DNA of 64,000 bases from Bacillota bacterium (GTDB taxonomy: Bacteria; Bacillota; Limnochordia; Darwinibacteriales; Darwinibacteriaceae): assembly GCA_012837385.1 (NCBI GenBank), contig DURH01000020.1, forward strand, positions 65,972 to 129,971, written 5' to 3'. Positions 9,066-17,989 of the stretch are shown one piece after another. The notes under the pieces are model-generated. The model had not been told where the DNA came from and ran no database searches. It worked only from the letters and a program-made list of their open reading frames with translations. The translations under genes and the position numbers were made by a program. Positions within the stretch are counted from its first letter, which is position 1; every line of letters starts with the position of its first letter.

Positions 9066-9068
9066 GCT

Positions 9069-9266
9069 TTAAGGCTCTGGTGTTTGCTTGTCAGACAGAT
9101 CCGGGGGAACATATCTGCCTGTTTTCTTGCGCTGCCGGACACATTGGGTTAGCAGATATTCGATTTGACCGTTGATGGATCTGAAATCCTCCCCAGCCCA
9201 AGCTGCAATTTCATCATACAGCTTCTGCGATAGGCGCAGGGGAATCTGCTTTTTCTTCTCAGCCAT
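9069..9266 (-). CDS. Small ribbon-helix-helix (Arc/MetJ-like) DNA-binding protein, translationally coupled to the upstream SPFH gene
   Basis: 65 aa; the N-terminus KKQIPLRLSQKLYDEIAAWA has an RHH-like beta-strand then helix pattern; its start lies 2 nt after the SPFH stop. Confidence 0.55.
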   Translation of the reverse strand: MAEKKKQIPLRLSQKLYDEIAAWAGEDFRSINGQIEYLLTQCVRQRKKTGRYVPPDLSDKQTPEP

Positions 9267-9268
9267 GC

Positions 9269-10294
9269 TTAATACAGACTCCCGCTATTCACTACCGGCT
9301 GGGCATCTCGATTCCCGCAGAGGACAACCAGCAAGTTGGACACCATAGCAGCTTTCCTCTCCTCGTCCAGGTTGATTACATCATTTTCGTTGAGCTTATC
9401 TAAGGCCATTTCCACTATGCTTACCGCACCATCCACAATCATCTTCCGGGCGTCCACAATGGCGCTGGCCTGCTGCCTCTGGAGCATTACTGCCGCGATT
9501 TCCGGAGCGTAGGCAAGGTAGGTGATGCGTGTTTCTAAGATTTCCAGGCCGGCATCCTTGACCTTCTCCTGGAGCTGTTTACGGATGCGTTCAGCCACGA
9601 TGGTGCTGGAACCGCGCAGGCTTCCTTCGTCCGGCTGCCCATCACCAGTGGTGTCAATGCCTGGAGCCATATCATAAGGGTAAATCCGGACGATGTCCCT
9701 CACCGCACTATCGCACTGCAGCGAGAGGTACTCTTTGTAGTTGTCCACGTTAAAAACGGCTTTCGCGGTGTCCACAACCCGCCACATGACGGCCACCCCG
9801 ATCTCTACCGGGTTGCCCAAGGCATCATTTACTTTCTGCCTGGAATTGCTCAGCGTTAGGATTTTCAGTGACACCTTCTTGCTGAGACGGCTGTCTAGAG
9901 AGACATTGCCAGATTGCGATACTGTGACATTGAATTTGCTGTCGCTTTCCACATCTCCGCTCTGCCCGAGCCGCGTTCTAGCCGCGGGGTTTACAGCCAC
10001 TGCAAAGGGGTGGACGAAATAGAATCCCGGTTCTTTGAGGGTTCCGATGTACTTTCCAAACAGGGTCAAGACTAACGCTTCTTGAGGCTTGATGATCTTC
10101 AGTCCTAGGAAGGGGATAAAACCGACTATTACCCACAGGAGCCCTGTCCCCAGCAGCACGCCTCCCAAGGCAGCAGCTCCCCTATCCAGCAAGACACCAC
10201 CCACGATGATCAGGGCAATGGCTGCCGCGTAAAGCAAAATGAAGAGGATCAATATGGGCATACCAGCTCTAGCCTTTAATGTTTTCTCCTGCAT
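9269..10294 (-). CDS. SPFH/band-7 (stomatin/prohibitin-like) membrane protein
   Basis: N-terminal TM helices; SPFH core (KIIKPQEALVLTLFGKYIGTLKEPGFYFVHPF...). Start ATG 10294 has RBS GGAGGCGGAAT; the longer ORF reaching 10357 lacks an RBS. Confidence 0.85.
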   Translation of the reverse strand: MQEKTLKARAGMPILILFILLYAAAIALIIVGGVLLDRGAAALGGVLLGTGLLWVIVGFIPFLGLKIIKPQEALVLTLFGKYIGTLKEPGFYFVHPFAVAVNPAARTRLGQSGDVESDSKFNVTVSQSGNVSLDSRLSKKVSLKILTLSNSRQKVNDALGNPVEIGVAVMWRVVDTAKAVFNVDNYKEYLSLQCDSAVRDIVRIYPYDMAPGIDTTGDGQPDEGSLRGSSTIVAERIRKQLQEKVKDAGLEILETRITYLAYAPEIAAVMLQRQQASAIVDARKMIVDGAVSIVEMALDKLNENDVINLDEERKAAMVSNLLVVLCGNRDAQPVVNSGSLY

Positions 10295-10312
10295 ATTCCG
10301 CCTCCACTCATA

Positions 10313-10340
10313 TTGATATGATATATTAATGATATCATAA
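10313..10340. promoter_or_regulatory. Operator-like site in the divergent intergenic region: direct repeat ATGATAT x2 including the perfect palindrome ATGATATCAT
   Basis: Read directly, between the SPFH start and the TPP-enzyme start. Confidence 0.3.
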
Positions 10341-10485
10341 TGGTATGAATCCAACAATAGGGTTTTTCCTCATTTGGCAGATCATGGCTTGGTCATGTGA
10401 GCTTCGGCCCCGAGAGCTGGCAGCAAGGGTAAAAAAACCAGCAGAGGGCATGCTTTTGGTAAAACATAATGGAGTGAAACCAGCG

Positions 10486-12087
10486 ATGAATCAAGCAACG
10501 GTGGCCCGCGCATTGGCCGATCTGCTGAATGCTTGGGGTGTGGAACACGTCTTTGGTACGGCGGGAGATACTATCCTGCACTTCCTGGCCTCCCTGCACG
10601 GTCATCCCACTCGGTTTATCCAACTGAGAAATGAAGAAACAGCGGCGTATGCAGCTTCGGCCTATGCCAAACTCACAGGGAAACTAGGTGTGGTGGTGGC
10701 TGATGGAGGGCCCGGAACAGGGCGGTTAGTAAATGGTTTGGCTGACGCCATAAGTGATAGGGCTCCGGTCTTGGCCATTACCGGCCAGGTGGAGACCACT
10801 TTTTTGGGGACAGGCTACAAGCAGTACATCAACCAGCAGCAGCTGCTTGGTGCGGTTACTATCCGATCCGAGAATCTAGGCGTTCCAACCAGTTTAGTGG
10901 CAGTAGCCTCCGCCCTGGTGCGCACGGCACTCGCCCAAGGAGGGCCAGTACACCTCAGCATCCCCAAGGATTTCTGGCAGGAGCACGTAGGATCTGCCTT
11001 GGTTAAGACAGAGCCTTTTCTATCTGAGATGCCCCAATCGGCTGATTCAGTAATCGCCAAAGGGGCTGAATGGGTCTCGGCTCTGCAGAAGCCCATGGTC
11101 TTAGTGGGCAGGGGAGCTTCACATGCTGTACCAGAAGTGCTTGCCCTGGCTGAACGGTTGGGAGCAGGGATAGCATACACCCTGCCAATGGTGGGTGCTA
11201 TGCCCGAACATCCCCTCGTTGTAGGGGGAATAGGTGAGGGAGGATCGGAGGTATCCGTTGAGCTTCTGCGTCAGTGCGACGGCGTAGTTAGAGTTGGCGC
11301 GACCTATTGGCCTCCTGAGTTTACCTCTGATGAGAAGAGAGTTTTGTCCCTTGATGCAGTTCCTGCTCAGGTGAGCATGGGCATCTCCGCGGACTTCGGT
11401 TTGGTAGGTGACACTAAGGCGGTGCTTGCCAAGCTGCTCAGCCAACTCGGGGACACAGCTGTGCACGGTCCATGGATCGACCAGGTGAGAAATGAAGCTG
11501 CGGAATGGCACCAGCGGCTGGAGAGAGAATTGGAGGAGGCTTCACCAAACCATCCTGGGAAGGCGGTAAGGATTCTGGCCGAGCACGCAGCAGCTGATGT
11601 CGTGATCTGCCTGGATGTGGGCGATCATGTGCTCTGGTTCAGCCGGTTCTTCCAAGGGAAGGGACAGAAGGTCTTGGTCTCAGGACGCTGGCGCGGCATG
11701 GGCTTTTCCCTGGGAGCCAGCATTGCCGCGCAGCTTGCCAAACCCCAGAGCCAAGTGTTAACGGTTGTAGGCGATGGAGGTTTTTCCATGTTAATGGGCG
11801 ATTTTGTGTCCGCAGTTGAGTTAGGACTTCCCATCACTTACATACTCATGAACAATAAGTCCTATGCGCTGGAAGCTAATGCCATGGCTGCCTCGGGGCT
11901 TGAGCCCTGTGGCGTACAGCTCGGTGATATCCGCTTTGACCAAGTGTCTCAGGCCTGTGGGGGTTTGGGCTATCGGATATCTCCCCCAGAGCTGCAGTCT
12001 GTGTTGGATACGGCAAAGAATGCTATCAAGCCCGTTCTCATCGACCTGCAGGTGGACCCCATCAAATTTCCAACAGCGCGGCTGTAG
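10486..12087 (+). CDS. Thiamine-pyrophosphate-dependent enzyme (pyruvate oxidase / acetolactate synthase family)
   Basis: N-terminal TPP-pyrimidine domain (GVEHVFGTAGDTILHF), central domain, C-terminal TPP-binding GDGGFSM...N motif. Start ATG 10486 has RBS GGAGTG; the ORF-track start at 10345 lacks an RBS. Confidence 0.8.
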   Translation: MNQATVARALADLLNAWGVEHVFGTAGDTILHFLASLHGHPTRFIQLRNEETAAYAASAYAKLTGKLGVVVADGGPGTGRLVNGLADAISDRAPVLAITGQVETTFLGTGYKQYINQQQLLGAVTIRSENLGVPTSLVAVASALVRTALAQGGPVHLSIPKDFWQEHVGSALVKTEPFLSEMPQSADSVIAKGAEWVSALQKPMVLVGRGASHAVPEVLALAERLGAGIAYTLPMVGAMPEHPLVVGGIGEGGSEVSVELLRQCDGVVRVGATYWPPEFTSDEKRVLSLDAVPAQVSMGISADFGLVGDTKAVLAKLLSQLGDTAVHGPWIDQVRNEAAEWHQRLERELEEASPNHPGKAVRILAEHAAADVVICLDVGDHVLWFSRFFQGKGQKVLVSGRWRGMGFSLGASIAAQLAKPQSQVLTVVGDGGFSMLMGDFVSAVELGLPITYILMNNKSYALEANAMAASGLEPCGVQLGDIRFDQVSQACGGLGYRISPPELQSVLDTAKNAIKPVLIDLQVDPIKFPTARL

Positions 12088-12221
12088 ATGGGCAGGTATT
12101 CGGCCCTCGATAGAATATTCTCTCTGTGTAGAGGCGAGTGCAGGCAGGCAAAGAAAAGGTCAATGCGGAATAAGCAATCAAGGGGGAAATACATCCATAT
12201 GGATTCGAAGCAGGTAACGCA

Positions 12222-13448
12222 ATGTTAAACAAAAACTCTGTGAAGCAGCCCATAGTCCTAGTGTCTGTAGTAACTGCCCTGGCCATGCTGGGGGACTCTC
12301 TGTTGTACAGTCTCCTGCCTCTTTATGCAAGTTCTCTTGGCATCTCCACCTTCATGGTAGGTGTTCTGTTGAGTGCGAACCGCTGGGTACGCCTGGCTGC
12401 CAATTCACTGGCAGCCCGCACTTTTGAACGGTGGAATTTCTCCGTTATCATGCTTGTGGTAAGTATTGTTACGGCCATTACAACGGGAATCTATGCCTTT
12501 CCCATGGGGATGGCAGCCTTTCTAGCAGCTCGCATTCTGTGGGGAATCTGCTACTCCCATTTCCGCTTGGGTGGATACCTTGTGGCGCTGAAGACCAGTC
12601 CGAATCGCTTAGGAACTGCCATGGGAGTCATTCAATCTGTTTCTTATCTGGGAAGCGTGTTCGCTGTGTTAGGCGGCGGGTTACTGGCGGACCACGTAGG
12701 TTACAGCTGGACTTTTGCCATTGTGGCCCTGCTTTCCTTGGGAGCTGTCCCCTTTGTATTTGGCTTGGACCAGCTGGTCACTCCTCCTGTCGCAGCAGAG
12801 GACAAGAGGAACCTGCAGCCGGTGATGAAGGAGCGATCCAACGGCACACTATCCTTGGCCTTCTGTTACGGAGCGGGCTTTATCACCCACCTAGTGGCGT
12901 GGGGTATGGTCTTCTCCAGTCTCTCAGCAGTCCTGCACGAACGAGTTGGATCGGAAATGCAGCTCTTGGGCTGGGCGATTGGGATCGCCACCATCTCAGG
13001 TTTTGTGAACGCGATCAACTGGGTGAGCACCTTGGTGGTTTCCCCCATCGCGGGGAGGCTGTGCGATACCTACGGCAGACGAGGGCCATTTGTAGTCTCA
13101 ACCCTTCTGCAGGCAGGCTCTTTGGCACTTATCGCGGTGATGTCCAATACCTTGGTTGTCATTCTGTTCTTTACGGTGTTCTTCATAGTCACCAACGCTC
13201 AGAAGGTCTTTCTAGATGCGGCGGTGGGAGATGGAGCTCAGGAGAAGGGGTCTGGGCCAGTTGGGTGGTACAATTCATGGCAGGATTTGGGTGCTGCCGC
13301 GGGTCCGGTGCTCGGCTATGGCTTGGCATCTTTTGTCAGCTTTTCCGAGGCTTATCTGGGAGGTGCAGTGCTGCTCCTGGCCATCGGTTTGTCCACGGCA
13401 GGGGTCACGAAACAGACCCGGTATCGTGGGAGAGCTCAGATGGGATAG
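12222..13448 (+). CDS. MFS transporter
   Basis: Twelve predicted TM helices and an MFS-like loop motif; the overlapping 387-aa alternative-frame ORF is a high-GC artefact. Confidence 0.85.
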   Translation: MLNKNSVKQPIVLVSVVTALAMLGDSLLYSLLPLYASSLGISTFMVGVLLSANRWVRLAANSLAARTFERWNFSVIMLVVSIVTAITTGIYAFPMGMAAFLAARILWGICYSHFRLGGYLVALKTSPNRLGTAMGVIQSVSYLGSVFAVLGGGLLADHVGYSWTFAIVALLSLGAVPFVFGLDQLVTPPVAAEDKRNLQPVMKERSNGTLSLAFCYGAGFITHLVAWGMVFSSLSAVLHERVGSEMQLLGWAIGIATISGFVNAINWVSTLVVSPIAGRLCDTYGRRGPFVVSTLLQAGSLALIAVMSNTLVVILFFTVFFIVTNAQKVFLDAAVGDGAQEKGSGPVGWYNSWQDLGAAAGPVLGYGLASFVSFSEAYLGGAVLLLAIGLSTAGVTKQTRYRGRAQMG

Positions 13449-13696
13449 TGAGGTCACGGACACGAGGTACGGGATCGATTTGGTCAAGAAGACAGCAAGG
13501 GAAAAGAGCAGGGGGAGAACAGATGCCAGGCGCTGCAAGTAGAACACGTGGGCTCAACCTCGGTGCAGGGGCTGTGCGCCGAACCGATTATTGATATACT
13601 ATTAGTTGTGGAGGCACGTGGAGCATTACGCGGACGCCAAGACTGAGGTAATAGAGGAAATCCTGGCCAGGGCCGGCTGGGAAGAGAAGTGATGGA

Positions 13697-14431
13697 ATGA
13701 TGAAGTATAGATTCGAAGTGGAGAGAAAGGATTACAGCGATTTCGCCAGCGGACGCGTTTTGTACAGTGCTCCCAACACAACGGCCTTTCCGGTGCGGTT
13801 GGCCAGCGAGATCGTGCAGCGAGCTTTCGATATCTTAGAAGCAAAGGGGGCCAAAGGCCCTTATACCATTTATGATCCCTGTTGTGGTGGTGGGTTCTTA
13901 CTTGCCACTGTCGGGTTCTTATTTTCTGAACGAATCGCGGAGTTGATCGGCACCGATATTGACCCAGATGTACTGGAAGTGGCCGCTAAGAACCTATCCC
14001 TGCTTTCCCAAGCAGGTTTGGAGGGGAGGGAAAGGGAACTACAAGGGTTCGAGGCGGCCTTCGGCAAAGCCTCTCATCGGGAAGCGCTGGCCAGCCTGGG
14101 GCGCCTGCGGGCACTGTTGGGGGGCAGGGAAATCAAGACGTCCTGCCAGCAGCGAGATATTGCCACACCCAACGCTTTCCCCATCGCCGGCAGCGATATC
14201 GTTATGACTGATCTTCCCTATGGGCAGCTGGTATCTTGGGCTGGGGAGCAAAGTTCCACGCCCCTGGAAGGCCTGTTTCAAAACTGCCATGGCGCACTGA
14301 AAAAGGACGCATCGGTGTTGATCATCGTCGCGGACAAGAAGACTAAGCTGCAGCACGAACTCTTTAAGCGCATTCAATACTTTAAACTGGGCAAACGCCA
14401 GATAGCGTTTTTCGAGCCACTGGAGCTGTAA
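13697..14431 (+). CDS. Class I SAM-dependent methyltransferase with a DPPY-like motif (TDLPYG), resembling the UPF0020/RlmL catalytic module without a THUMP domain
   Basis: Motif I YDPCCGGGFLL; acidic GTDIDPD; motif IV IVMTDLPYGQ, the (D/N)PPY variant of amino-group (m6A/m2G) methyltransferases. Confidence 0.7.
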   Translation: MMKYRFEVERKDYSDFASGRVLYSAPNTTAFPVRLASEIVQRAFDILEAKGAKGPYTIYDPCCGGGFLLATVGFLFSERIAELIGTDIDPDVLEVAAKNLSLLSQAGLEGRERELQGFEAAFGKASHREALASLGRLRALLGGREIKTSCQQRDIATPNAFPIAGSDIVMTDLPYGQLVSWAGEQSSTPLEGLFQNCHGALKKDASVLIIVADKKTKLQHELFKRIQYFKLGKRQIAFFEPLEL

Positions 14432-14447
14432 GTAGGAGGCGGCCGGC

Positions 14448-15086
14448 ATGTTTGCCATACTCAGCGTCGACTTTGACTATTTTATCCATGCTTCTGCTGA
14501 GGAACGAGCTCGGTTTTTTCTCAAAGGTGGGGAGGAAATACCCCGGGATCAGCTCTCTGCTTTGTGGGCAGAGCAGTACGCACGCTATCCAGAGTTGAGA
14601 GGCATCGGGGTGGTTGATGAGTATTATTATCTGAAAGCCTTCTTGGAAGGGCTGGCTGGGGACCTCTGGGCTTTTCGCCAGTCAGACACACATAGAGCGA
14701 TCAAAGATCTAATTGACAGGATACCTAGGGAACTACCGCTGCGCATTGTCAACATCGATTTCCATCACGATTACTACCATTATTTCAGCGGATCAGACTA
14801 CTGCAATTGCGGGAACTGGCTGCGCCGGGTGATGGAGGAAAGGCCACACACAGCAGTAAAATGGATTAGGAGGGCAGATTCTCAAATCTGCAGCCTGGAG
14901 GGCGAAGTCCCCTTTGAACATACTACTGATCTGAGGTGTGTGTTTACGGAACGATTTGACTGCCTCTTCATGTGCCGCAGCCCTGAATGGAGCCCGCCCC
15001 ATCTGAGCTGTATGTATGAAGAATTGGTGCAGGCGGCGCTCAAGGCCCCCCAGGATTCTTGGAACCAGGGAGGCCTGTGGGCCTAG
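14448..15086 (+). CDS. Hypothetical protein with SVDFDYF and NIDFHHDYY motifs (possible metal-dependent hydrolase), translationally coupled to the upstream MTase
   Basis: AGGAGG RBS 8 nt upstream; 16-nt gap to the MTase stop; Asp/His-rich motifs; I do not recognise a named family. Confidence 0.55.
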   Translation: MFAILSVDFDYFIHASAEERARFFLKGGEEIPRDQLSALWAEQYARYPELRGIGVVDEYYYLKAFLEGLAGDLWAFRQSDTHRAIKDLIDRIPRELPLRIVNIDFHHDYYHYFSGSDYCNCGNWLRRVMEERPHTAVKWIRRADSQICSLEGEVPFEHTTDLRCVFTERFDCLFMCRSPEWSPPHLSCMYEELVQAALKAPQDSWNQGGLWA

Positions 15087-16360
15087 AAGGTTACTCCACG
15101 CAGCTTGCTGGCGGTAACAATTCTGTCCAGTGCGAGCATGTAGGCGCCCATGCGCAGAGAGGTACCTGCCTGCTCCGCCATATTCCAGACATCGTGAAAT
15201 GCCTTGACCATCGTATATTCCAGTTTCCTGTTGATTTCATCTTCTTCCCACTTCACTGACTGTAGGTTCTGCAGCCATTCGAAGTAGGAAACTACAACCC
15301 CACCGGCATTGGTGAGGATGTCTGGTACTACTGTAATGCCTCTTTCGGCTAGGATGTTATCGGCGTCAGCAGTGGTGGGGCCGTTAGCACCCTCCAGAAC
15401 GATCTGAGCTTTGATGTGAGGAGCATTTTCTGCCGTGATGGCATTCTCTAGGGCTGCGGGTACCAGAATGTCTACCTGCAGCTGGAGCAGTTCTGTGTTG
15501 GATATCCTGCTGAGGCCAGGCGCATCATAGTCTTTCAGAAGCCTGCCCCGCTCTGCCCGGAGAAAACTCCAGATCTCTTCAATATCCAGCCCATCTTCTT
15601 TATACACTGCACCCGATACATCGCTGATGGCCACCACCTGGCAGCCTTCTCTATGCAGGAATCGGGCGGCAGTTCCGCCCACGTTTCCGGCACCCTGTAC
15701 AGCAACCCGTGCCCCTTTCAGATCCAATCCGACCTTGCGCGCGATTTCTCGAGCAGTTAACATGATACCCCTTCCAGTGGCCTCGCTGCGGCCCAGGGAA
15801 CCTCCTAGGGGAACGGGCTTTCCGGTCACAACCGCCAGGGTAAGCTGACCATTGAGTATGCTGTAGGTGTCCATAAACCAGGCCATCACTTCATCATTAG
15901 TGTTGACGTCAGGCGCGGGAATATCAATGTGGGGACCGACTATGGGATAGAGCAGGGTAGTATACTTCCGAGTTAGCCTCTCCAATTCGGCCTTGGACAG
16001 TTTGGTTGCATCCACAGTGATGCCGCCCTTGCCTCCGCCATAGGGGATATCCACTACAGCGCACTTGAAGGTCATGGCTGCAGCCAGGGCCTTGACTTCG
16101 TCCATGTCCACGTTTTGATGGTAGCGGGTACCACCCTTATAGGGACCCCGCACTCCCGAATGCTGTACTCTGTAGCCTTCAAACACTTGGATGGATCCGT
16201 CGTCCATCCGAACTGGCACGGAAACCTTGAGTTCTCTTTCGGGCGACTTGAGCTGAATGTAGTCACGCTTTTCTAGTCCCAGTAGGGCAGCGGCCTGATC
16301 CACAATTCTCAGTATTTCTTCATGGGGATTGTAGCTTTTGCTCATGGATTCGGTTCTCAC
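15083..16360 (-). CDS. gdhA: NAD(P)-dependent glutamate dehydrogenase
   Basis: Glu/Leu/Phe/Val dehydrogenase signature PYGGGKGGITVD; C-terminal Rossmann fold GAGNVGG. Confidence 0.9.
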   Translation of the reverse strand: MRTESMSKSYNPHEEILRIVDQAAALLGLEKRDYIQLKSPERELKVSVPVRMDDGSIQVFEGYRVQHSGVRGPYKGGTRYHQNVDMDEVKALAAAMTFKCAVVDIPYGGGKGGITVDATKLSKAELERLTRKYTTLLYPIVGPHIDIPAPDVNTNDEVMAWFMDTYSILNGQLTLAVVTGKPVPLGGSLGRSEATGRGIMLTAREIARKVGLDLKGARVAVQGAGNVGGTAARFLHREGCQVVAISDVSGAVYKEDGLDIEEIWSFLRAERGRLLKDYDAPGLSRISNTELLQLQVDILVPAALENAITAENAPHIKAQIVLEGANGPTTADADNILAERGITVVPDILTNAGGVVVSYFEWLQNLQSVKWEEDEINRKLEYTMVKAFHDVWNMAEQAGTSLRMGAYMLALDRIVTASKLRGVTF

Positions 16361-16496
16361 CTCAAAGCTTTGTTGTAGCGGCGCTGATGGGCGCCACTCA
16401 GAGTTTTCATCAGTTTACTAGTCTTATGTTCTAATGTCAACGTCAGTTGTGATGACCCCTTTCTTCATCTTTTGCCCTGCAGAAAGGAAAGATGCA

Positions 16497-17921
16497 ATGA
16501 AACAGATCTTGTCACTTCTTTACATCGGTTATCTCTTCTTCGTCATTCTGCTCATCTTCTTTAGCCGGAAAAAACCAACTCAGCGTTTCAGTTGGATTTT
16601 GGTGCTCATTTTTCTGCCTGTGGTTGGCCTCATCGTGTACAGCCTGATGGGGAGTGAGATGTACTGGGATTACAAACGCAGTAGAATCCGGCAGCGCCAT
16701 CGGGCCACATTTCTTGAGCTAGACACGATTGTGGGGCAGCTGCACAACCCCTCAGACGCAGAGCTGTCCCCAACTCAGGAGTTCCACTACAAGTGGTGCG
16801 GCAGCATTTTTACGGATAATAACGGAGTGGAAGTGTTTACAAACGGCAGGCCGAAGTTCGCTCGCCTGTTCGAGGATTTGAGGGCGGCTGAGGATCACAT
16901 TCATGTCCAGTACTTTACGATCCACAATGATCCCGTGGGCAAAGAACTCATTTCTATCCTTCGGGAAAAGGCTCAGCAGGGCGTGGAAGTGAAGCTTCTC
17001 TATGACAGCTTTGGGTGTTGGTTTACTTTTGTCCGGCCCCTGTTTAGGGAGCTAAAGAACGCTGGCGGTAAGATTCAGGGCATTAGGCCCAGGGCCAGGG
17101 CTTTAAACTACCGGAATCACCGCAAACTGGTGATCATCGATGGACAGGTTGGCTACTTGGGCGGAATGAACGTGGGAGTGCACTATGCTGAGGGAGTGGG
17201 AGGAAAAGAGTGGAGAGACACCCACGTGCGCCTTACTGGAGGGGTGGTTCGGGATCTCCAGCAGATCTTCATCTCCGATTGGATTGCCTCTGCCAAGGAA
17301 GGACGCCTTGGTTTCCGCGACCGCTTGCGCCACTATTTCCCGGAGGCTAAGGCAAATGGTACCCTCCCGGCGCAGATTATCGCCAATGGTCTGTACAACA
17401 AGTACATCGGCCAGGATGTGATCAATGTGAGTTACTTCAACCTGATCAATGGCGCCAAGGAGAGGCTGTGGATTCAGACTCCCTATTTCGCCCCATCGGA
17501 GCCCGTGCTCCAGAGCCTAAAAACGCTGGCTCAGAGAGGCGTGGATGTACGTATCATGACCTCATCCTACTACACCTTCGGAGGGCTGTTTCACCACAAC
17601 ATTAAGAACTACTTTTTCCGCCAGCTTATCGGCAGTGGCGTGAGGGTGTTCAAGTACAAGGGGATCATGCATGCCAAGACCATGCTCATCGATGATGAGC
17701 AGCTCTGTATCGGCACCGTGAATCTCAACGTACGCAGTCTGGAGAGGGATGATGAGCTCTTCATCTACTTCGAGTCTCCTGAACAGAATGCGCAGTACTC
17801 CGAGATTTTCCAGAAAGATTTGGAGGATAGCTGGGAGCTGGATTATGCCAGATTCCGGAATGAGACCCTGCTCTCCCGGGCCTTAGAGTCAGTTGTGAGC
17901 CTTTTCTCTCCTCTGTCGTGA
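16497..17921 (+). CDS. cls: Cardiolipin synthase (two PLD/HKD motifs)
   Basis: Two N-terminal TM helices; HKD motifs NHRKLVIIDGQVGYLGGMN and MHAKTMLIDDEQLCIGTVNL. Start ATG 16497 has RBS AAAGGAAAG. Confidence 0.9.
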   Translation: MKQILSLLYIGYLFFVILLIFFSRKKPTQRFSWILVLIFLPVVGLIVYSLMGSEMYWDYKRSRIRQRHRATFLELDTIVGQLHNPSDAELSPTQEFHYKWCGSIFTDNNGVEVFTNGRPKFARLFEDLRAAEDHIHVQYFTIHNDPVGKELISILREKAQQGVEVKLLYDSFGCWFTFVRPLFRELKNAGGKIQGIRPRARALNYRNHRKLVIIDGQVGYLGGMNVGVHYAEGVGGKEWRDTHVRLTGGVVRDLQQIFISDWIASAKEGRLGFRDRLRHYFPEAKANGTLPAQIIANGLYNKYIGQDVINVSYFNLINGAKERLWIQTPYFAPSEPVLQSLKTLAQRGVDVRIMTSSYYTFGGLFHHNIKNYFFRQLIGSGVRVFKYKGIMHAKTMLIDDEQLCIGTVNLNVRSLERDDELFIYFESPEQNAQYSEIFQKDLEDSWELDYARFRNETLLSRALESVVSLFSPLS

Positions 17922-17989
17922 AAATCTCACTTCCCCTTTTCCCCCTTAGGCGGTATTATAGGGACAGACCTTTTTGGGGGAGGAGTATT

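Noticed and set aside
10380-10480. Possible TPP riboswitch upstream of the TPP-dependent enzyme
   Set aside because: There is no CUGAGA/ACCCUGA-type conserved core, and TPP riboswitches control thiamine biosynthesis and transport rather than TPP-using enzymes.
10345-10485. N-terminal 47-codon extension of the TPP-enzyme ORF (MNPTIGFFLIWQIMAWSCELRP...)
   Set aside because: It has no Shine-Dalgarno sequence. TPP-enzyme homologues begin at the conserved ...VARALADLL..GVEHVFG segment, which starts at ATG 10486 with a GGAGTG RBS.
12431-13594. 387-aa ORF in an alternative plus-strand frame overlapping the MFS transporter gene
   Set aside because: It translates to a low-complexity Arg/Gly/Ser/Cys-rich peptide and has no RBS. 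It is a typical spurious long ORF in GC-rich coding DNA; the MFS frame has coherent TM helices.
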